In this document: one piece after another, positions 55,752 to 64,000 of the stretch | Numbering within the stretch: the stretch's first letter is position 1 | Layout of the letters: each line of letters begins with the position of its first letter | From: an uncultured Acidobacteriota bacterium | GTDB taxonomy: Bacteria > Acidobacteriota > Thermoanaerobaculia > UBA5066 | Assembly: GCA_963821435.1 (NCBI GenBank) | Contig: CAWGDR010000015.1 | Coordinates: 6,240 to 70,239, forward strand | Reading direction: 5' to 3' | Length of the DNA: 64,000 nt | The notes under the pieces: model-generated | Told to the model about the DNA's origin: nothing | The model's input: the letters and a program-made list of their open reading frames with translations, nothing else | The model's database searches: none | Made by a program: the position numbers and the translations under genes

Positions 55752-57013
55752 ATGGCGCTGGAAGGGGCGCTTCGCGACTCCTCCTGGCCGACATCCTCCA
55801 CTCATCGTGCTCCAGCACAAGACCGGACTCCGACGGTCCGGAGCCCGTCCGAGATGGCGACTCTCGGGTTCGTCTACGGGATGCTCGTCTCGGCGAGTCG
55901 TCGGCCCAGCGGCATCATACGCGGCTCGGCACGGTCTCGTGAAGACCCGACGCCTGCAGACGGAGAACGCTCCAGCGGGCGCTCGAGATCCAGGCGCAAA
56001 CGCTCCAGCGGCTCGGCTCGACCTCCGAAGAAAGGCTTCGCTCGGCGCGAGGACCTCCGCGATGGCCTCGACATCCAGATCCGGCGGATCGCCTACGGCC
56101 TCTTCCGCTGGACCGATGGGGACTACGTTTCAGCAGAGCGACCACGTGGACTACGACCACAGTCGACGACGCCCCTCGCCGTCGAGCGCCTCCTGATGGA
56201 GGGGGCGCGGATGGTGGACGAGTGGCCGATCATCGAGAAGGTCGTCCGCTCGCTCGACCTCGTCTATCAGGGGTTCCGGTCGCCGCAGCCGGTCATCCCG
56301 GCCGACGACGAGGAGCAGGTGGAGGAGATCGAGCCGCTGCCAAGACGGGGCGGCGCGACCGCCGGCCGACCCGATCCGGATCTCCCGACGAGTGGGCCGT
56401 CGACCAGCTCGTCGACGGGCACCGGATGGTCGCCGAGATCAACGAGCTGACGTTCCTCTCCGAGTTCGACGGATGTAAGGCGTTCTACGATTCGTCAGCC
56501 GCGGCCTCTCGCGGACTGGGTGCCGCACGCCACCAGTTCCCGGCGACCCGCCGCAGGCCGCGCCCGGCCGTCCGCCGCTCGACGTCGCCCTCTTCATCGG
56601 GCTCGCCCTGCGCGCTCCTCCCCTCCTCGGGCTCCACTTCCAGTCCCGGAACCCGCTCAAACCTCGGACGCATCCCGGCGCGGCACGCGCCGGTCGTGGA
56701 TGACTACCGAAAGTCGCTGTCGCCCCCCGGCTCCGCCGGGGTCGCGGAGGCGCTGGACGCCTTCGGCCTCCTCGGGAGGTTCCCAGATCCTGGACCGGCT
56801 CGTCGCGTCCCGGGTCCTCGGCTCAAACGACCTGCTCGATCCGTGGGGAAACCGGACCGGTACATCGTCCAGGGCGAGAAGTTCTATCTGGTCGGGTTCG
56901 ACGGGACGGAAGACGACGTCGACCTTCTTTTCTCGAGGAGCTTCTGGTGTCTGAAATCGCAACCCGCGAAGTCTCGAGCCGGCAAGATCAGGAAAAAGAA
57001 ACGTTATAATTGA
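55752..57013 (+). CDS. DUF4388 (PATAN-like) domain membrane protein (frameshifted)
   Basis: [36 protein letters not shown]; TM; C-terminal LDPWGN.Y. Confidence 0.75.
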
Positions 57014-57068
57014 GAAGCTTATCTGCAGGGATACATTGGACTTCGCTGGAGATCCGTGTCGATTTGTA

Positions 57069-57098
57069 CTTGACAAGAGAATACTAAGGTTTTATCTT
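57069..57098 (+). promoter_or_regulatory. sigma70 promoter of dnaK overlapped by a HAIR-like operator
   Basis: TTGACA (57070-57075), 17 nt, TATCTT (57093-57098); CTTGACA-N7-ACTAAGG versus HAIR CTTGAGT-N7-ACTCAAG. Confidence 0.7.
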
Positions 57099-57131
57099 TC
57101 GTCCGGCTCTTGTAAGGTCGGGAGGAACAGA

Positions 57132-59045
57132 ATGGGCAAGATCATCGGAATCGACCTGGGAACCACCAACAGCGTCGTCGCCGATCATGGAAGGCGGCAG
57201 CCCAAGGTCATCATGAACGCGGAAGGCAGCCGCATGACGCCGTCGCGTCGTCGCCTTCGCCAAGAAGGGCGAGCGCCTCGTCGGCCAGGTCGCCAAGCGG
57301 CAGGCCGTCACCAACCCCGAGAACACCGTCTACTCGATCAAGCGCTTCATGGGCCGCCGGTTCGAGGAGGTCAAGGAGAGAGAAGATGGTCCCGTACAAG
57401 GTCGTCGGCGGCCAACGGCGACGCGCGCGTCGACGTCGGCGGCAAGGAGTCTCGCCCGCCGGAGATCTCCGCGATGATCCTGCAGAAGCTGAAGAAGGCC
57501 GCCGAGGACTACCTCGGCGAGAAGGTGACCGAGGCGGTCATCACCGTGCCCGCCTACTTCAACGACGCCCAGCGCCAGGCGACCAAGGACGCCGGGCAGA
57601 TCGCCGGCCTCAAGGTCAAGCGCATCGTCAACGAGCCGACCGCGGCGGCGCTCGCGTACGGCCTCGACAAGAAGAAGAACGAGAAGATCGCCGTCTTCGA
57701 CTTCGGCGGCGGCACGTTCGACATCTCGATCCTCGAGGTCGGCGACGGCGTCGTCGAGGTGATCTCGACCAACGGCGACACGCACCTCGGCGGCGACAAC
57801 ATCGACGAGCGGATCATCGACTGGCTCGCGGCCGAGTTCAAGAAGGAAGGCATCGACCTCGCGAAGGACCCGATGGCGCTGCAGCGCCTCAAGGAGGCCG
57901 CCGAGAAGGCGAAGATCGAGCTCTCGACGACGCATGGAGACCGACGATCAACCTGCCGTTCATCACGGCGGACCCGGCGGGCCCGAAGCACCTGAACATG
58001 AAGCTCACCGCGCGCGAAGTTCGAGCAGATGGTCGAGGACATCCTGCAGCGCTCGATCGGCGCCGTGCCGCCAGGCGCTGAAGGACGCCGGCTCGACGGC
58101 CGAGAAGATCGACGAGGTCGTGCTCGTCGGCGGCTCGACGCGCATGCCGAGGTCGCAGAAGATCGTGAAGGAGTTCTTCGGCAAGGAGCCGCACAAGGGC
58201 GTGAACCCCGACGAGGTCGTCGCGGTCGGCGCCGCGGTCCAGGCGGGCGTGCTCGCCGGCGACGTGAAGGACATGCTGCTGCTCGACGTGACGCCGCTGT
58301 CGCTCGGCGTCGAGACGCTCGGCGGCGTCATGACGCGGCTGATCGCGCGGAACACGACGATCCCGACGCAAGAAGGAGGTCTTCTCGACGGCGGCCGACA
58401 GTCAGACGTCCGTCGAGATCAACGTGCTGCAGGGCGAGCGCGAGTTGGCGCGCGACAACAGCATGCTCGGCGACGTTCCACCTCGCGGCATCCCGCCGGC
58501 GCCGCGCGGCATGCCGCAGATCGAGGTGACGTTCGACATCGACGCGAACGGCATCCTGCACGTCGCGCGCGAAGGACCGCGGCACCGGCAAGGAGCAGAA
58601 GATCACGATCACCGTCGCTCGGGCCTCGACAAGGACGAGATCGAGAAGGCGGTGAAGGAGGCCGAGGCGCACGCCGAGGACGACAAGCAGCGCCGCGAGG
58701 CGGTCGAGGCGCGAACCAGCTCGACTCGCTCGTCTACTCGATGGAGAAGCTCGTCGAGGAGAGCGGCGAGAAGGTGCCGGCGTCGGAGAAGGAGTCTCGT
58801 CCGGCGCCGCGATCGCCGTCGCGAAGAAGTCGCTCGAGGAGAAAACAGCCGACCCGAGGGTCCGGAAGGCGGCGCAGGACCTCCAGAAAGCGAGCTACAA
58901 GATCGCCGAGGCGCTCTACAAGAAGCGCCGGCGCGGCGCCGGAGGGGCGCGGGGCGCTCCGAGGCGGCGCCGGGCCCCGCAGGCGGGTGGTGGAGCGAGA
59001 ACTGACGACGTCATCGACGCCGAGGTCGTCGAGGAGAAGAAGTAG
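57132..59045 (+). CDS. dnaK: Molecular chaperone DnaK (frameshifted, probably sequencing errors)
   Basis: [60 protein letters not shown]; SD GGAGG. Confidence 0.97.
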
Positions 59046-59102
59046 GCGGACCGAGGGGGCGCGACGGCCCGCGGGTCCTAGGACTGTCCGACCAGGCCGT
59101 CC

Positions 59103-59470
59103 ATGCCTCCGCTCCGAAGGCGCCGCGGGAGGCGCCTACGTCCTCATCGGCGGTCGGCGCGAGCCGCTCCGGCGTCCATCCGCAGCAGCTAGGCGTCGAC
59201 GAGCGCGAGGGGCTCGACCGCCCTGCCCCGCTCTTCGGGAAACACCCGGCTCCTCGACCACAGAGACGGTGGAGGGCTCCAGATGACCTGACGCTGACCC
59301 GCGACCTCGGCGTGAACCTCGCGGGGTGGAGGTGATCCTCGACCTCCGGTTGCGGCTTGGAGCAGATGGAAGGCGAGGTCGGGCCTGATGGAGTCGACCG
59401 CCGAGGCCGCGAGCAAGGCCGTCGTGGCGGGAACTGCGAACGGCGCATCATCCTCCGGCCGCCATGGCGC
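59103..59470 (+). CDS. hspR: MerR-family heat-shock repressor HspR (frameshifted; not in ORF track; end approximate)
   Basis: Joined frames read GVHPQ.L...[15 protein letters not shown]...[25 protein letters not shown]. Confidence 0.78.
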
Positions 59471-60429
59471 CCGTCGTCCGGCTGCGGCGGACTCAGCTCT
59501 CGGGTGCGGGAAGGCCTCCCGCGGGGGCTCCTCGGCCAGAATGCGGCTCGCCGGGACGGAGCAGACCGGCCCGAAGACGACTCGAGTGTCCTCCGGAAGT
59601 ACCTGGAGGAGATCGCCCGCTATCCGACGCTCGCCCCGGAGCGCGAGCGGGAGCTGGGGAAGGTCATCCAGGACGCGGTCGACCGAGGAGGCGAGAAGGA
59701 GGCGATCGACGAGCTCGTGCGCGGGAACCTCCGGTTCGTCGTCTCGTACGCCAAGCGGTTCCATTCGCCCGAGGTCTCCTTCCTCGACCTGATCAACGAG
59801 GGGAACATCGGGCTCATCCAGGCGGCCCGCCGCTTCGACCCGGAACGCGGCGTGAAGTTCATCACCTACGCCGTCTGGTGGGTCCGGCAGGCGATCCGCA
59901 CGCGCTCTCCGAGCAGTCGGGCGCGCTCCGCCTCCCGCAAAGCAGGCGACGCTCCACTCGCGGCTGGCCGCGTGAAGGAGGCGCTCTCGCGGAGCCTCGG
60001 ACGCGAGGCGACGGTCGACGAGATCGCGAGCGAGGCGGGATCACCCCCGACGGACGCAGGCGGTCCTCTCCCTCCGCGCACCGCGGAGTCGCTCTCGGAG
60101 TCGTTCGGACCGAGGAGGACCGGACGCTCGAGGACGCCCTCGAGCAGACGTCGGTCGCGCCGGCGGACGAGGAGATCGTGCGCCGCTCCTCGATCGAGCA
60201 GACGCGCGGCCTGCTGGACGCGCCTCCCGAAGAAGGAGCGGGAGGTCCTCTGCCGCCGCTTCGGGATCCCCGAGGACGGGAGCGACGGCGAGCGGGAGCC
60301 GAAGACGCTGCAGGAGATCGGCGAGGAGCTGAAGCTCTCGCGCGAGCGGGTCCGGCAGATCGAGGCGCAGGCGATCGCGCGGCTGAAGCGGACGATGAAG
60401 TCGCGGGCGCTGAAGGCGTACTCAACTGA
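59464..60429 (+). CDS. RNA polymerase sigma70-family factor without region 1.1 (RpoD/RpoS-like), frameshifted
   Basis: YLEEI..., NLRFVVSYAK, DLINEGNIGL, RFDPERGVKFITYAVWWVRQAI, TLQEIG..L.LSRERVRQIE. Confidence 0.9.
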   Translation: MAPVVRLRRTQLSGAGRPPAGAPRPECGSPGRSRPARRRLECPPEVPGGDRPLSDARPGARAGAGEGHPGRGRPRRREGGDRRARAREPPVRRLVRQAVPFARGLLPRPDQRGEHRAHPGGPPLRPGTRREVHHLRRLVGPAGDPHALSEQSGALRLPQSRRRSTRGWPREGGALAEPRTRGDGRRDRERGGITPDGRRRSSPSAHRGVALGVVRTEEDRTLEDALEQTSVAPADEEIVRRSSIEQTRGLLDAPPEEGAGGPLPPLRDPRGRERRRAGAEDAAGDRRGAEALARAGPADRGAGDRAAEADDEVAGAEGVLN

Positions 60430-60445
60430 CGAATAGAATCCCGCC

Positions 60446-61161
60446 GTGGCCGCCGAAGTCCCCGACTCCCCGCCCCCTGCCCGACCTGCCGTGGCTTCGG
60501 CTTCCTCGAGATCGGCCGACGGCGGGGCGTCGTCCCGTGCCGCTGCCGGGAGCGGATCGGCGCGTGGCCGCGCCGGCGCCGGCGGATCCCGGAGCGCTAC
60601 GGCAACTGCCGCCTCGCGAACTTCAACGGGCTGCCCGACTCGCAGCGCGCGGCCAAGGCGTGGCGCGGCGCTTCGTGAAGGAGTACCCGGCGTCGACCGC
60701 GGGCTGCTCCTCGCGGACCGGTCGGCGTCGGGAAGACGCACCTCGCGGTCGCGATCCTCTCCGAGCTCGTGGAGCAGAAGGGGGTCGCGGGCTCTTCTGC
60801 GACTTCACCGACCTCCTCGAGAGGGTGCAGGCCACGTTCGCGCGGGGCGGGACGAGAGCGCGGACGAGGTGCTCGCGCCGTACCGCGAGGCCGAGCTGCT
60901 CGTCCTCGACGAGCTCGGGGCGCGCCGCCCGACGGACTGGGCCCGCGACGTCCTCTACGGGCTCCTGAACACGCGATACAACAGGCGGCGCCTGACGATC
61001 CTGACGACGAACTTCGGCGACACGCGGCGCGCCCGGGTGAGGAGACGCTCGAGGTGCGCGTCGGGAGCGCGGTGAGGAGCCGTCTCTACGAGATGTGCGA
61101 GCTCGTCCCGCTCGGGCGACGACTACCGCAGGAGGTCCACCAGCGGAGCGCGTTCGCGTGA
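60446..61161 (+). CDS. DnaC/IstB-like AAA+ ATPase with N-terminal Zn motif (frameshifted)
   Basis: CPTC...[39 protein letters not shown]. Confidence 0.85.
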
Positions 61162-63296
61162 CCCGGGCCTCGGACCGCCCGGCGCCGCGGTCGTCGCCGT
61201 CTTACTCCTTCTCCTCGCGGCCGCCTCGCGGCCCGGCGCCGACGCCGGTGCGCCTCCCGCCACACCCACCCGCGGCCCCGCCGACGCCTCCGCCCCCTCG
61301 CCGGCTTTCCGGTGGTCCCGGCCGCGCCTGGACGTCGCCCTGCGACCGACCGCGCCTCGGCCACGCTCGCGGCGGGGACTGGGTCCTCCGCCGGCGGGCG
61401 TCCTCGTCGCTCACCGGGGCGGATCGCTCACCTTCCGCGGCCGCCTCCGGGCCGCCGCTCTTCGTCGTCCAGGCGGGCTCGTACGCGACCGGGAGCGCGC
61501 CGAGGCGGTCCCGCGGCGGCGCTCGCTCCGTCGGCGCCGAAGCGGATCGTCGGGTAGCCGGCCGCTTCTCCGTCCGCGTGGGCGCTCCCTCGGAGCGGCC
61601 GGCGGCGGAGGCGCTCCTCGCGCGCGTGCGCCGGGAGGCCGCGCCTGATGCCTTCCTCGTCGGCGCGTCGGCGCCCCCGGCGCCCGCGGCGCGTCTTCGT
61701 CGAGGCGAACGGCCAGGGAAGAGCTTCCCTCGCCGGTGGAGGTGGCCCGGGCCAACGGTTCCTTCGTTCCGTTCGGCGAGGGGACGTGGCGGGGGCACCT
61801 CCTTCTCCGCGCGACGGGGCGCGGGACGCTGCACGCAATCGACAGGGTCTCTCTCGAGGACTACCTGCGGGGCGTCGTGCCCGGGGAGAGGGCCGAAGGT
61901 CTTCGACGAGATCGAGGCGTGAAGGCGCAGGCAGTGGCCGCGCGCTCGTACGCGCTCCGGCGAAAGGGGATTTCTCCGCCGAGGGATACGACCTCTGCGC
62001 GACGCCGCGCTGCCAGGTGTACGGCGGGCGCCGGGATCGAGCAGGCGATGACCGACCGCGCGGTGGCCGAGACGTCGGGGAGGTCCTCCTCTGGGACGGG
62101 CGCGTCGCGGACACGCTCTTCACCTCCACGTGCGGCGGCAGGACGGCGGCCGCGGCCGAGGTCTTCCCGTCGTACGCGAACGTGCACGCCCTACTCTCAT
62201 CCGTCGAGTGCTGGGGCGAGGAGCGCCTCACGCTCGCGGCGGGGCGTCCCACCTTTGCCGGGAGCGCTGACGCCCCTCGGCCTTCGCGGACGCGCTCTTC
62301 TCTCCTCGCTCGGGAATGCGACTCTCGCGGGTGCCCGTGCGGCGCGAGACGGTTGCGGGCGAGGCTCGGGCTCGCCAGAGGCTCCACGGCGCCTCGCCCC
62401 GGCGTGGCTACGCCGACGTCGGTCGCGGGAGCGCCGGAATCTCCGATCCCGCGAGCCTCGTCTCCCCCCCGAGCTCGCCGCCGCACCCGCCACGTGGCCG
62501 GAGCGCGCGCGTGCCGCTTGGGCGCTCTGCGTGCGGTTCCAGCTCACGGCCGTCCTCCCGTCGACCGGAACCTGCGCGTGGAGGAGGCGGCGGGCTCTAC
62601 GCGGCCTTCCTCTCGAGGCTGGGCGGCTTCGAAGAGGTGGAGGCGCGGCTCGTCGGGCTCGCGCGGACGCAGTCGTGCTCAAGGGCGCGAAGGGAGGAGC
62701 GCGTCCCGATCGGGAGCGGCTCGCGCTCTTCGGCGGAGGGCGAGCTTCTAGGGCGAGCGGAGGCTCGTCCTCACCGCGGGCGACCAGGTGCGCGCTATCC
62801 TGAGCGAGGGAAGCTCGTCGCGCTCGCGCGGCCGCCGCCGCCGCCGCGGGGACCTGGGAGCGGGACTCCGCCTGGGTCCAATGGACGCGGCGCCACGGGT
62901 CCGGAGCTGGCCGCGCGGCTCAACGAGCGCGACCCCGCGCGGAAGCTCGTGACGGTCGTCGGACGGTCGAGGTGATCGAGCGCGCCCCCCCGGGCCGCCC
63001 GAAGCGTGTGCGGGTCGTCGACGGACCGGGGACCGTCGTCCTCGCGGGCCTCGAGATCCGCTTCGCGCTCGGGATCCCCGAGGACCTCTTCGCGCTCGTC
63101 TCCGGGCACCGAGAGAGGAGTACCCGTCTTCACCTTCTTCGGGCGAGGCTGGGGGCACGGCGTCGGCCTCTGCCAGAACGGGGCGTTCGGGATGGCGCTC
63201 GCCGGGAAGGGATACCGGGAGATCCTCGCCTTACTATCCGGGGGCGGTCCTCGGAGGCCGAAAACTCCCTCCCCGTGGGCGGCTGCGGTAAAATAG
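61158..63296 (+). CDS. SpoIID/LytB domain protein with SPOR-like region (frameshifted)
   Basis: [60 protein letters not shown]. Confidence 0.85.
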
Positions 63297-63342
63297 CGCA
63301 CGAATTTGACGCCTCCGCACCTTGGAAGAGGCATCGAGGTCC

Positions 63343-64000
63343 ATGAGCACCGTTCTCGACACCCCAGGCCGCCGGCTCCCGCCGGCATCTCCTTCGCCCT
63401 CACCGAGGACCAGATCGCCGTCAAGAAGATGGTCCGCGAGTTCGCTCAGTCGGAGATCGCGCCCCACGTCATGGAGTGGGACGAGGCGCAGATCTTCCCG
63501 CGCGAGATCTCGCGCAAGCTGGGCGAGCTCGGGCTGATGGGCATCATCTTCCCGGAGGCGTACGGCGGCGCCGGGCTCGGCTACCTCGAGTACGTGAACG
63601 TCATCGACGAGCTGTCGCGGGTGGACGGCTCGGTCGGGCATCTCCGTCGCCGCGCACAACAGCCTCTGCACGAACCACATCTTCATGTTCGGGACCGAGG
63701 AGCAGAAGCGGAAGCTGGCTCGTCCCGCTCGCGCAGGGGAAGCTGCTCGGCGCCTGGGGGCTCACGGAGGCCAGGCCGGGAGCGACGCGCCGGGACGCAG
63801 ACGACCGCGGTCCGCGACGGCGACGGCTGGGTGCTCAACGGCACGAAGAACTTCATCACCCACGGCTCGGTCGGCGACGTGGCGGTCCTGATGGCGGTGA
63901 CCGACAGGACGGCGCGGCAACGCACGGCATCTCGGCCTTCATCGTCGACCTGCACCAGCAAGGGCATCCAGGCGGGCAAGAAGGAGAACAAGCTCGGCCT
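63343..64000 (+). CDS. Acyl-CoA dehydrogenase (3' partial)
   Basis: [55 protein letters not shown]. Confidence 0.92.

Noticed and set aside
60446-61161. IstB-like ATPase as an IS21 element or prophage replication gene
   Set aside because: No IstA transposase, inverted repeats, phage initiator or integrase nearby; housekeeping context
1-64000. Many frameshifted genes read as pseudogenes or programmed frameshifts
   Set aside because: They affect conserved genes such as dnaK, and their density varies by region rather than by gene; long-read consensus error is the simpler explanation
1-64000. CRISPR arrays, tRNA/rRNA, riboswitches, tandem repeat arrays
   Set aside because: Intergenic gaps are short, and I saw no regularly spaced repeats or recognisable RNA motifs by eye; an Infernal/tRNAscan run would be needed to exclude them

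Overview
GC-rich bacterial chromosomal window with about 60 densely packed genes. Gene content and order (Ser/Thr kinase with PD40 repeats, several alkaline-phosphatase-superfamily proteins, mazG/DUF1844, dnaK-hspR-sigma70-DnaC-like-SpoIID) suggest Acidobacteriota, possibly Thermoanaerobaculia; this is inference. The sequence looks like an unpolished long-read consensus. Many genes, including dnaK, are split by apparent single-base indels, and quality is worst at 31-33.5 kb and from about 45.6 kb onward (nearly unreadable at 50.45-51.65 kb). Frameshifted calls are therefore reconstructed by eye, and their coordinates are approximate. I saw no CRISPR array, rRNA, tRNA, prophage, integrase, transposase or defence island, and I cannot claim a clearly new biological system. 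Best leads: (1) a long, divergent malate synthase resembling the Sulfolobus-type enzyme, divergent from an ABC importer; (2) an hspR gene missed by the ORF track directly behind dnaK, with a HAIR-like operator over the dnaK -35 box; (3) widespread leaderless-type promoter architecture, including back-to-back and overlapping divergent starts; (4) a DUF1844 / TPR-zinc-finger / DUF4388-pseudopilin-like module upstream of dnaK; (5) a remodelled envC-ctpA-yibQ operon; (6) a RidA and an aldo-keto reductase that both carry export signals.
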